DNA of 64,000 nucleotides from Raja brachyura. Taxonomy: Eukaryota. Below, in pieces: positions 37,216 through 49,520 of the stretch. Below the pieces are notes generated by a model. The model was not told the origin of the DNA, did not search any database, and saw only the letters and a list, made by a program, of their open reading frames with translations. A program made the translations under genes and the position numbers. Position 1 is the stretch's first letter, and each line of letters opens with the position of its first letter. The stretch is taken from NCBI GenBank assembly GCA_963514005.1, contig OY740783.1, forward strand, positions 128,898,001 through 128,962,000. The letters are read 5' to 3'.

Positions 37216-37617
37216 CTCCCGACGGGAATGTCTCAGTGGTGACTGGGACGGAAGGAGCTTCGGCCAAGTTACCCTGTGTGTATCGATAATCCCAGTATCA
37301 CCGCACCGCCCTCACGGTCACATGGATGAGGAAGGATCCTCACCTACACATCGTCACGTTCAGACCCCAAGCTGATGGATCCCGGGCGACGGTGAACGGA
37401 GCAACTCGGTTCAAGCTGGTCGGGGAGCCAAAGCTCGGAAACGCCTCAACCAGGATACGGAAGCTGAGTGTGGAGGACAGTGACGGCTACCTGTGTCTGG
37501 TGCAGTTCAGCAAAGAGGAAAACTACGATGCGAGAAAGGACGTCGAACAAAAGTTCAGGAGCAGCGTACAGCCCCCGTACATCCATCAGTACCAACGTGA
37601 GCTGCAGGTCACACCCG
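37216..37617 (+). pseudogene. Copy 2 V-set exon B (402 nt, TAA stop at 37287-37289)
   Basis: APDGNVSVVTGTEGASAKLPCVYR*SQYHRTALTVTWMRK...EDSDGYLC...ELQVTP; phase 1-1 splice sites intact. Confidence 0.88.
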
Positions 37618-38299
37618 GTAAGAAACCATCGCCACATTCTGCCGTGTAGAGCGAAGGTTCAGATGGAGGGAGTAGAGCAGGACCAGGAAACCCTGTCTCT
37701 CAGGACTCAGTGGGCGCAGCCTCGCATCTGGAGGGTCAGATACAACTCCAGAGAAAGGTCAACCATAGTTGATCAATGTATTGGAGTCCTTTGGCGAGGT
37801 GAGGAGTTGAATGCCCGAGAGGGAACAAGGTGCTGTGGTACGATTGGATTCTCAGAAGGATCTAGGTTGGGCCGCAAACAGGAGTTTGGGGAACCAGGCG
37901 CGAGAAGGCGGCATTAAGTCAACGCACTTTCAGGGATTGAGAAGCAGATATCGAGCAGAATGTAGAATTAAATATTTGGATCTCTGTTATGTTGAGAGCC
38001 TGTGGCTGGCGAGGTACTTCAGAGATTGTCTCTTGGTCTCAGCTATTCACAGTCTGCATCGGGGAGTTGATTGAAGGGGGGCATTGTCAGGTCTGATGAT
38101 GGCGGTAGTGCCTTGGGACTGTGAGAGTGCAGGAGGACGAGGAGATTCGGGGAAGGTGGACAAGCTGAGCGCGTGGGTGGGAGCATAATGCGAAATAAAA
38201 TGTGGCGAATTTTCAAATTATCCGCACGTGAACTAAACGGAGAACCAGAGTATTTATTAAATAGTTCGGGTGATGTGGTTGGTCAAAATGACCTGAGTG

Positions 38300-39030
38300 A
38301 CGTTCTTAAGATTACATTAAATCCTGACCCAAAGCTAATAATATTTGGTGTTTTAGATTGAAATCAAACATTAACAGTAAATCAAAGAAATTTTCTTGAT
38401 TACTGTTCATTGATTGGAAAAAAATTAATATTAACATTTTGGAAGGGACCATTATCCCCTACAATCAAAATGTGGACAGTGGAAATATTGGAATTGGAGA
38501 GAATTAGGTTGATCCTAATGGATAAAATCGAACTTTTTGAACAAATATGGTCTCCATTCACTGATTATATGGATGGGTAGCTGGGCTCAGCATTGTAACT
38601 CAATAAGTACCCGGTGGTAAGATCAAACGAAAAGGTTTAATCCGAGATTTGTATACTCGTCTCTATATATAAATTATTAGAAATTGTTCCATTCATTGTT
38701 AAGATGTATACCTTTTTCTATTTTTAAGTATAATAATTATTTGTCAGTATTATGGGGGGTTTTCTTGGGTTTTTTTTTTAATTATTATCTTTTCTTTTTT
38801 TTTCTTTTCTCTCCTCACATATAATCAAACTTATAATCACACTTTTTAAATTAAACATCTATTCTTTCTTTATTCTTTTTTCTCTTCACTATTAAACAAT
38901 TGAGGCTTATATATATTGCTTTGTAATACTCATATAACTTTGGAAATATGTAATATGTATATCTGAAAAAAATTGTAATATTATTTGTAATACGTATGGC
39001 CTCTAATAAAAATATATATTTTTAAAAAAA
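38300..39030 (+). mobile_element. L1 3' fragment with 10-bp TSD, same family as 8649-11752
   Basis: TSD gacctgagtg (38290-38299, 39031-39040); empty site at ~14223; PDPKLIIFG motif; aataaa and A tail. Confidence 0.9.
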
Positions 39031-39532
39031 GACCTGAGTGTGCTTGTTCTCGTGTCAATGAAGGGTGAAGTACTGATGTGGAAGTCGATAAATGCAATAG
39101 TTGGTCAGGTTTTATCAAGAGAGGATTTGTATGCAAGGGTTGAGATATTTTACCGCAGTTATATAAGGATCTAGCGAGACCACCCCTGCACTACTGGGTC
39201 GGACTTTGCTCTTCTTAACTACAATAAAGCCACGATTAGTGTGGAGGGAGTATAGTGAAGATTCCGTTCTGTTTCCCGGAAGGGCAGGTTGATTGAAGAT
39301 CAGGGGAGATTAGGTAGACCGGATACTCTGGAGAATGCAGGTACAGGAACATTGCGCAGAAAAAACGCTACTGGAGGGAAGGAAATTGAAGAATGACAAT
39401 TCATATCGAGACCTTGCCTCAAAACTGGACAAAACGACATATTTGGATTTCCTTCTACAGTTGCCTGACTTCCTGAGCGCTGTCAGCAGGCTGTTATTTG
39501 CTCGAGCAGATTAGACCTGTATTCTTCAGAGT

Positions 39533-39958
39533 TGAATTGAATTGAATTGAATTGAATACCTTTATTGTCATTCAGACCTTTCGGTCTGAACGAAATTTCG
39601 TGCCTGCAGTCATACATATATAAAAAAACAACAATACAATACCATACAATAAACACAAAATTAACATCCACCACAGTGAGTTCACCAAACACCTCCTCAC
39701 TGTGGTGCAAGGCAAAAGTCTTAGGGTCTCAGTCATTTTCTCCCCTCCTTATTCTCCCTTTGCGCTGAGGAGATCCAGGCCGCCGCCACCGTTGATGCCA
39801 GAACGCCGGAACACCGCCACAGGGCCCGCCGCCGGAACGCCGCTGGAGCACCGCAGCTCCCGGAACCCAGGCTGCCGCTGGAGCACCGCAGCTCCCGACA
39901 TCCAGGCCGTCGCTGGAGCACCGCAGCTCCCGACATCCAGGCCGCCGCTGGAGCACCG
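39533..39958 (-). mobile_element. Non-autonomous retroposon with (ATTCA)n tail, 3' hairpin and 35-bp minisatellite
   Basis: TSD cagagt; empty site at ~14748; hairpin ttcagacc-tttc-ggtctgaa; ~3.4 copies of cgctggagcaccgcagctcccgacatccaggccgc at 39841-39960. Confidence 0.75.
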
Positions 39959-40067
39959 CAGAGTGTAGAGAATGAGAGGTGATCTTAGTGAAGCAAACAC
40001 CATTTGTACATTGTCGATCGCTCCCCTTTCCCATTGACCACTCTGACCTCTCTCACTCTCTCCTCAG

Positions 40068-40167
40068 TCACGCAGAGTTACATGGTTCTGATCATGTGGA
40101 TCCCTCTAGGATTGAAAACCGTTTTCCTTTCAGTGATGTGTGTTGTCTTCTACCGTGACAAACTCAG
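40068..40167 (+). pseudogene. Copy 2 transmembrane exon with Lys, (V)TQSYMVLIMWIPLGLKTVFLSVMCVVFYRDKL
   Basis: ctctctcctcag| ... cag|gtatgt; 100 nt, open frame; AAA at 40115-40117. Confidence 0.85.
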
Positions 40168-41039
40168 GTATGTAATATTGCGATTCTATGCCTGGAATAT
40201 AAACTCAATGGCCTTTGCGGTGTGACTGGAAAAAGTGAGGTTTCCTAGGCCGCGCCAACCATCGATCATCCATGCACTAGTTCTATCCTGCACTATAGGG
40301 GGCGTTTGCAGAGGACAATTATCCTACAAACCCGCACGTATTTGGAATATGGGAGGGACAAAAACCATGCGGTCACGGGGAGCACGTGGAAACTCCGCAC
40401 AGACAGCACCCGTGATCAGGATCGAACCCGGGACTCTGCGCTACAAGGCAGCATCTCTACAACTGCGCCACCGTGGTACCCCTGTCGCGTTGGCAATACA
40501 TGGTTCAGGTGCATCATGTACCTACAGAGGGAAGAACAGTTCCTTACCCGCTCAGGCGATTTGAGAAACCCCTCAAAAGATAAGAATGTATTCCCGATCA
40601 TCCAGTCTACCTTGATGGGGCCCTTGTCCTCTGCCCTTTCTCTGTAAGACTATATTCTGCACGGCTTGGCTCTATGGAATAGTTTATCTGGATGACAAGC
40701 GAAGCACAGTTTTTTCCTTGTACCTGTGTCAAGGTGACGATAATAAACCAATACCAATATCTTGCTCCGGGTCAGACAATCCTCCTCACTGTCAACACAA
40801 CGACCAATATACGTGTCCCCTGTTAAGTTAATCACCTGTTTCGCATATTGAAGTCCACCTCAAATTTAGTTGTCAAACGCTGACATTGACAATAACGTCT
40901 CTGCTCTGGAGAATTCCGTTGAAATCTCCGTTCGAATCAATTCACAGATTTAAATGGCGGCTGTGAATGGAGATGCCAGAAATGGTCTTGTGGTACAAAT
41001 TACCGAGGCTTGTTTTAATTAGTCCTGTTGTGTCCGCAG

Positions 41040-41055
41040 CAAGAGTGGTGACTGA
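41040..41055 (+). pseudogene. Copy 2 terminal coding exon, (S)KSGD*
   Basis: ctgttgtgtccgcag|C AAG AGT GGT GAC TGA. Confidence 0.65.
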
Positions 41056-42608
41056 TCCACCCGAGGAAGCTGAGCAGACCAGTGTACCGACTGCAATACA
41101 ACCTGCCTCGCAATAAAGTCCGCCGATCCCACCTGATTTTGCGGTCTAGCTAATTTTGTCGACTTATGCTTGTCAATCATATTAATTCTCCGACTCGCTT
41201 TTAATCTGTGTGTAATATAATGAAATGCAGTACTTTTAGTTCAAAGGAAAGGTTTTGTACACAGAGAGGGTTTGATATCTGGAATATGCTCGGAAACAAA
41301 GTGGTGAAAACGAGGTACACCAACATATACGATAGACGTTTAGACGCATGAACATGCACTTAATTAGGAAAAAGTTGAAAGGATAGATAGAGTGCTGCAA
41401 ATTCTCAGTTGGTTAGAAGGGGACCTGGCACGAAGCGTCGCCTATCTATGTCCTACAGAGTTGCTGACTGGTCCGCTGACTTACTCCAGCACATCGTGCC
41501 TATCTCTGGTATACACCGACATCAGCTGTTCCATCTTAATACAAGTCGGAAGGATATGGATCTAATTGGGACCAACGGGATTCATGTACATAGACAAAGA
41601 TGTTCATATCGACATGTTTGTCCGAAGGCCCAATTTTCTTCATTGTATAATTCTCTGATACATTGACTCCAGAATCATGTCCAAACCTCCCTGTCTAAGC
41701 AACTCCTGGATCCTGAATAACCTTTTTCTAGTCCTTTTCTTCGAAGTGCTCTGCTTATAAACCTCAAATGATACATTTAGCACACAGGGAACAAATCATT
41801 ATTATTAAAGCAGTTTGCTTAATTTAAAATATTTACAAACTTCGAAATAATTTTTAATGGAAAAGCAAAAAATCGAAAATGCTAACTAAATTCACTTATG
41901 CAATACATAGAGAGCATAACTTTAATTTTGAATTCAGTATGCTTAATTTTGTATATGTACGTCCTTCAATATATTTGAATGGGAGAGCAACAGGGGAGTT
42001 TGACAAGTTGGTGCCTGCTTTTAGAATCATAGAACATGCAAACAGGCCTTTCGGCCCCATTCGCTGACGTTGCCCAAGATGCCTCACCTAATTTGGACCC
42101 ATTTGCCTGCGTTTGACCCATATCCTTCTAAATCCTTTCTACCCATTGACCCATAAATATCTCAACATTTCATATGCTTGTCGTTTGTGTTTCCCAGGCT
42201 GAGCGGGTACCATGGGATTACGGAACCGTAGTGTTTAATGGGAGCGTGGGACCCGTGCTCGGGTTAAAGTAAAGGAACACACAAACCCGAGGCCTCTGTT
42301 TGTCAGAGCTATTACGAAAATGTGGGTCTTGGTGTGTTAACAAACTTTGACCCATAAACTAACAAAGCAAATGCCTATCAAACTCAAATCACTAATCCCG
42401 TGTAAATCCAATCACCCATGTGCCTGTCCCAACCAGACATTATGCTTTAGAGATATAGCGTGTAAACAGGCTCACGGCGTCCGCGCCGACCAGTGAACCC
42501 GGTATTGGCACTATCCTGCATATCGGAGGAAACCCACGCGATCACAGGGAGAACATACAAACACCGTACTGACAGCACGCATAGTCAGGATCGAACATGG
42601 CACTGTAA

Positions 42609-43184
42609 TGACCCTGTCCCACTTAGGAAACTTGAACGGAAACCTCTGGGGACTTTGCGCCCCACCCAATGTTTTCGTGCGGTTCCCGGAGGTTGCCGGA
42701 GGTTTTTGTCAGTATCCTTAATGGTCGAAAGTGGTTTCCGTTTTAAAAATCGGTATTTTTTTAGTCGAAGCCGGTTGCGATGCTAATTATTGCATTCAAT
42801 TTATTGTCATTATCTAATTTTAGAGACAACGAAATTGATTTTCCTTACAGTCGGTAACATAAAAATAAATAATAAATAAACAAACATATTTATATAAAAA
42901 GCACAAACAGAGAAGTCCACACACAACATACCGCCACAGTGGCACCAAAGTTAAGGAAGGTACCATAGACCAGCCAGCCTCCCCGCCGATCTTCCCAGAT
43001 GTTCACCCGTGGTCGGGGCCTCCACAGCACCCGCAGTCGCCGCCACAGGCGGCCCGATGCTGAGGCCCTCTAATTGAAGGTGGTTGCCGGAGGACAAAAA
43101 CCTCCGGGAACCGCACGGAAACCTTGGGTGGGGCGCAATGTCTCCAGAGGGTTCCCTTCATGTTTCCTAAGTGGGACAGGGACA
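42609..43184. mobile_element. MITE with ~85-bp TIRs (PIF/Harbinger-like), inside a SINE and containing a nested retroposon (~42789-43070)
   Basis: tgaccctgtcccacttaggaaac... / ...gtttcctaagtgggacagggaca; flanks taa/tta; the SINE head resumes at ggcagcaactcc. Confidence 0.75.
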
Positions 43185-46100
43185 TTAGGCAGCAACTCCA
43201 CCCGAAGCTCTTCTTCAAACTTCCGAAGATGGGGTCCAGTGACATTTACCCCTCTGTAACTGGATCTTTCACTTTCTGACCCGTGGACCACAAACAGCGA
43301 AGCTAGGCGACAAAACATCCCCCACAATAATTCACAACACAGGTGCCCCGCAAAGATGTATTGGCATTGCCCTACGATTCTCCCTATAGTCGCGGTTCTG
43401 CGGATAAACTCTGCTGTGGATCATCTACCGGTTTGGAGATTACACCATTGTAGTGGAACGATGCAAAACAATGATGAGATGGTCTACAGGATGGAGATAG
43501 CGAGCGTAGTAAAACAACCTCCCCCCCCCCCCCCCCCCCCCCGCCCACCCCGCTCCTTGAACATCAACAAGACAAAGGATCGGGAGGTTTCCGACCCGAA
43601 ATTTCAGCTATCCACGTCGTCCAGAGATGCTGCGTGAGTCGCTGGAACTAGTTGAGGGCTCCCGGTTCCTTAGGGCAAATATCGCCAATAATGTATCCTG
43701 GACCAACCACACTGAAGCTACAGCCAAAAAGCAAATATTTTACTTCCTCGAGAGATTAAGAAAGTTCAGCGTGTCCCCAATAGCAACCCTCGGGGCGGTA
43801 AGAGCCTGGGTGGATCTGCTTGGCGTAATGCTGAAGGCAGATGGAATAGTGGCATTCAGGCTTATGGATCGGAAGGTGGATATGCAGGGAATGGAGGGAT
43901 ATGGATTACGTGCAGGCTGGTTAGAGTTGGTCTTGGCATCGTGTGCAGCACAAACCTCTAAAACCCATGCTCCTGCCTTCTCCCCATAACCCACCACACC
44001 CGTACTAATTAGAAACTATCAATCTCCGCCTTAAATATATAAATTGACGGCGATCCACAGCGTTCCATGGCAACGGAATCCACATATTCGTCACCCACTG
44101 ATTAAATACATTCATCCTCGTCTACTTTCTAGAGGTACGTGCTCTTATTCTGAGGCTGTGGCATCTGATCCTAGACGTTCCCACTAGTGGAAACATCCTC
44201 TCCACGTCCACTCTATTCAGGTATTTCACTATTCGCTCTGTTTGAATGAAGACCCCAGTCTCGTTCTAAACTTCCCGTTTACTATTTACCCGCTGTTTCC
44301 AGATTACTGAACGAACCTCCCACAAACTAGGTGTTTAGTCCAGATCTTACTATCGAGATAACTGTGGACATATTCTCGTTATGAAGTCCGCCGTTCCCAC
44401 CTGCTTTTGCGGTATGGCTGATTTTGTCGAACTTTGGTTTAATTCTCCGACTTTTGTTTAATTCTCCGACTCGCTTTTAATTTATTAATATCACACGGCC
44501 GTTTACTAATTTCTCCAGTTTTCCCAGTCAGTTTCAAGTGGGCACTGGGATGTGTCCCCCAGTGGGTTTAATGGAAGTGAGGGACCTAGGGTCCTGTGAG
44601 TTTAAAGGGAGGGCGGGAATTGGAGCTCAGTTTGACAATTTGGTGCCTGCTTCTAGAATAATAGAACTTGGAAAGACGCCCTTCGGCCCCACCGTTGATG
44701 TTGCTAAAGATGCCCCGTCTAAGATTGGCCCATTTGCCTGCGTTTCACCCATGACCCTCTAATTATTTGTACTCATCACCCTCAACCTTCCCTTGCTGCG
44801 ACCGATGTGTCCCCCCAAGGAGGTACCTTGAGAATACAGAGCCTCGTTGCGAGAGCGAGGGAACCGGTTCCAGGGTTGGTATAAAGGGGCACAGAAAGTC
44901 AGAGGTCATTAAATAATCACTCCTCCAGAAGACACAACGTTCTGGAGCTACTCAGTGCCTCAGGCAGGCATCTCTAGAAGACGTGGATGGCTGACGGTTC
45001 GGGAATGGCGGAGTGCACTCGATAGATCAATGACCTAATTATGTTACTTATGATCTTATGGTCGTATACATTTATGTCGAAGTACCGTTTGAAATTCATA
45101 ATCGCATCCATAGCTGAGTGAAAATATTGTTCATCGGGTCCCCTCTTACATTTCTCCAGTCTCACAATCCCCTGTCCTCTAGTTGTGGATTATCTGTCTT
45201 GGTATAAACACTGCGAGTTTTCAGTTTATCCAGGCCCATCCTGATACTGTACACCTCAATGAAGTTACCCTTCAGCCTCATGTATCCCAAAGGAAAATGT
45301 CGCAGCCTATCTTACCTGTCCCTATACCTGAAGTCTGCAAATCCAGGTAATGACATACTTCCCATAGCTGATAGGCCACAGTGCTCCGACTGTGGTCTCA
45401 ACAATGACTTATAGAACTGAACCATGATATTCCAAATTTGGTATTCAATAGCATTCCCAATACCATATTCACCACACGGTTCACCTGCCTCACCATTTTC
45501 CGGGAAAAGATACTGTACTTGCAGGTCTCTCATGTCCCGGCTTCGTTTAACACAATGAAGTGGGCGTTTTGTTATACTGCGAGTGTTTGCAATCTGGAAT
45601 GTGCTACGAGAAAAGAGGTGAAATTAGATACAAACACTTGACGATAGACGTTTGGACAAAAAAATAATTAGACAAAAGTTGGCAGGAGAGACAAATACTG
45701 GAGTTTCTCGGGTCAGAAAGGATCCCGACCCGATGCGTCACCAATCCAAGTCCTCCGGAGCTGCTGCCTCACCCGCTGAGATACTCTATCACTTTGGTTT
45801 AAAACGGCATCTGCAGTTCCTTCTCATTACAAGTTAGAAGGATGTGGATCTAATTCGGACAAAGAAGATTCGTGTACACAGACAAAAATGTTCATATCAA
45901 CATGGTGGGCCGAAGGACCTATTTCTCCACTGTACAAATCCCTGACAGGTAGACTCCAGAAGCATGTCCAGACCTCCCTGCTGTGGCAACGCTGGATCCT
46001 GGCTAACTTATTTGATGTCCTTTTCTTCGCAGTGCTCGCATTGTAAACCTCAAATTATGCATTTCACACGCAGAGAACACAACCGAATTATAAATGCAGT

Positions 46101-46217
46101 TTACTTAATTTAAAATGTTTACAGCATTCGAAGCAAATTATAATGGAACGAATCGAAAATGTTATTTAAATTCACTAATGAAATACATAGAGAAATATAT
46201 ATGTATTTGTTTATGCA

Positions 46218-47172
46218 GTCCCAGGAGGGCTGGTCTCCCAACGCAATATTTTGTCTCTCCACCAATTCCGATATTGGTGGCCAGTGGGGGGGGGGGGGGG
46301 TTGGATGGGGGACGGGGGTCTGGAGCGCTAGCATGGGTGTTGTGGGTCAAGTCAAGTCAAGTACAGTGAGGGCAGGGCCAGCTATCCACTTCAATTAATT
46401 TCATGTCAAATCAATCCATTTCAAGTCAAGTTAAGTCAATCACAGGGCAGGCGGGGCCAGCTAACAATACAATCTATTTGTTTTAATTCCAGGTAAGGTC
46501 AAGCAAAGCAAAGGCAAAGCAAAAGCAAAAGAACAGGGCAGGCCAAACAAATCATTTCATTTAATTAAAGGCTAACAAATCATTTATTGCATGCACACGA
46601 AAGGTTAACAAATCATCATTTTTCCAAACACATTACTGGATAACAAATCATTTATTGCAAGCACATTAAGGGTTAACAAATCATCATTCATTGCAAGCAC
46701 GTTGCTGGCTAACAAATCATTTATTGCAAGCACATGAACGTTTAACCACGTAAACTACATAACTACATAAAGCACATAACAACATAACAACATAAACCAC
46801 ATAAAGCACATAAACCGTTCAGTAGACTCACAGTTCAGTAGACTCACATCAGAATCAGAGTTGTGGCCTCTCGCTCGCGATCTTCCAGAGTGATTGACTC
46901 ATGTCCTGGCATCCGCGGATTTATAGTTCTGCCCCCGGAAGGGGCGTTGCCTTCATCATTGTGATTGACATGCGAGAGGACTAATCAGCTGATCTCAACA
47001 TTCATAACTTTTATATTTTTCAGCGATCGGAAAAATCCTAGGGGCTGGCTTAGCGGAGGAGGAATGAGAATAAGATGGCCAAAAAATCATAGCGATATAT
47101 GATAACGTTTTTTCTAAAATAAATATACAGCGCAGAGAGGAAGTGGTCAAGATTAGACTTTGAGTTATATAC
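46218..47172 (-). mobile_element. Unit-2-specific insertion, Helitron-like non-autonomous element with internal minisatellites
   Basis: Absent at paralogous ~19720. The minus strand begins tatataactcaaagtctaatcttgacc. Arrays of aacaaatcatttattgcaagcac and 9-mer aa(a/c)cacat; no TIR. Confidence 0.45.
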
Positions 47173-49267
47173 ATGTAAATCTTTATATGTATTTGAATAA
47201 AAGGGACACATGGTACATAGTTTATATTGTTTAATAAATTCAGCGGTACAGTGATTATTTGGTTTGCTTTAATTGGAGATGTTAGTTTAATTCAATAACG
47301 TTTTCAATTGCTTGTAACATTGTCAAGGGGGTCATTCGGCCCATTGGGTCCATGTGCGCACCGAGCATTCGCCTCCTCTCCCGTTCGATTCCTTTGATAC
47401 TTGTTATTTTGCTAAAATCCTTGTCCATTTCCCGCGATACTCCTGGCCATTACTTTAGCGCTTAGTATTAGTTTAGAGATATAGCATGGAAACACGTCCT
47501 TCGTGACCCCACGTTAACCATCGATCATCTATTCACACTATTCCAATGTTTCCTCTTTCACATCCACTCTCTACACGCAAGGGAAATTTGACAACGGATA
47601 TTCGACCGACAGATCCGCACGGCTTTCGGATGTGGGAACAAACCGGAACACCGGGAGAGAACCCACGCGGTCACATGGAGAACGTGACACAGTCAGCGTC
47701 CGAGGCAAGGATCGAACGCAAGTCTCTTGCGCTGTGGGGCAAAACCTCACGTAACAGACCGACCTGCGTCTCTTTGTGATGTGGGAAGAAGCCCGTGTGC
47801 AGGGCGTCACAGTGACGCATTTGGCAGCACTGCTGCGTCGCAGCGCCAACAACCCGTGTTGGACGCTGACCCCGGGTGCTGTCTGTGTGGGGATAACATG
47901 TTCCCGTGCTGTATTTTTCAAGGCCCTGTTTCCACGCGGTCGCTTCCAATGAATCGCCCAGAAGAAGCCCAGGCGTTCAGAGGAAGAACGTACAAACTCA
48001 ACACAGACAGCGCCCAGATCTGCATTGAACCCGGGTCTGGGAAGTTAAAATAATAATTGTTAGCTAAAGAAAAAGGAAAAAAAAACACAAAAGAGCTGGG
48101 GGAACATGGGAACCAGGAGGATAGGGACTATGGTCAGACGAATTCGTGGAAGCGGGATATGAAACATGGTAAAGATCCACACCATTGTCCCATGAAATCT
48201 CCCGAGCAAAGCTCGCGACATTCTACCATCAACACTTGATGTCAGGATAGAAACATATTGCACTTCCGTACTTAAAATGGTAGCAGGAGCACATGGACTG
48301 AGCTTCGCACCATCCCGGGACTGACATATGTCATTGGTTCCCTTGTCCCCTCTGGGGTAGAGGCCTGGAGCTTAATACCTCAGGATGATGACTATTTACC
48401 ACAGAGACCGTGGTCGTGGCATGCGGGCAACCAGAGTGCAGGCGGAGGCGCCAGGCGCGGCTTGGAAGCGGGCGAGCAAGCTGTGTGGGCCGACTCGGGC
48501 TGCAGTGGGTGCGGCCTGGAAGCGACGTGAGCCGTGCCCGGCTTGGGGGCAACCGGGGCTGCGAGTGGCCGAAGAGGGGGTGCAGGGCGGGGATGGCGTC
48601 ATCACCCGGCGGTATATCCGTCCGCTTTAACCGAAATCCGTTATAAAGAGATCCGTTAAAAATGAATAATGATATCCTGTGCGAGGGAGCCAACATGTGA
48701 CACTCCAAAGACTTGACACCATTTACGCAGTACATGTCCGGAGTGATGCAACTCGACACCTTTTCGAAACATAAAACCGTCCAACACAAAGCAGCCAACT
48801 TGGAATAGAGTTTAGAGATACAGCGCCCAGGCCTACCCGTACACTGGTTCTATGTTCTCCCAGTCCAACACACAAAGGGAAAGTTATAGACACCTCGGTG
48901 CACGTGACAATAATAAACTTAACTAAACTAACTTCACGGGGGGGGGGAGGGGGGGCAGAATTGCCTCAATTAGTTGCATCTCTGCGGTGACCAATTCCAC
49001 ACGATTCCTTGAAAATGCTTCGGTTCACACACTGGAAATTTGTCTAAACAATAAAGCGACCCCAACGAGTCACTGACCAATAACCGCGGGCTACATTCAC
49101 AGGTTAAGGCTAGGCCTGGTGCATACAAGTCAAACGAGTGGTTTAAGAAGCCCCGAGTGCTTGAAGAAGCCCCGCTATGATCTCCCCGATGACATCCGAA
49201 ATGCCAATGCCAAAGGATGTCAGGAGACAGTAAACGGGGCAAACCTGAGTCGTGGTGCAATCGCCTA

Positions 49268-49520
49268 GTGGGCGGTCACGGTGGCGCTGCGGTAGAGTTG
49301 CTGCCTTACAGCGAATGCATCGGCGGAGTTTGTACGTTCTCCCCGTGACCTGCGTGAGTTTTCTCCGAGATCTTCGGTTTCCCCCACATTCCAAAGGCGT
49401 GCAGGTTTGTAGTTTAATTGGCTTGGTAAATGTAAAACATGTCCCTAGTGCGTGTAGGATGCTGTTAATGTGCGGGATTCGCTGTTCGGCGCGGACCGAT
49501 GGGCCGATGGGCCTGTTTCC
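49268..49520 (+). mobile_element. V-SINE (HE1-like); second copy at 50855-51115
   Basis: gggcggtcacggtggcgc..ggtagagttgctgcc head and ggagtttgtacgttctccccgtgacctgcgtg core. Confidence 0.8.

Larger units (their letters stand above)
24510..41055 (+). pseudogene. Receptor gene copy 2 (all five exons present, disabled)
   Basis: Exons 24510-24570, 35641-35999, 37216-37617, 40068-40167, 41040-41055. Leader donor lost, two frameshifts in V-A, stop in V-B. Confidence 0.85.

Noticed and set aside
39841-39960. 35-bp repeats as a CRISPR-like array
   Set aside because: Head-to-tail minisatellite with no unique spacers, inside a vertebrate retroposon.
48270-48720. GC/CpG-rich block with 155-aa and shorter ORFs
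   Set aside because: Absent from unit 1, no recognisable domain or splice structure; probably an unclassified transposon fragment.
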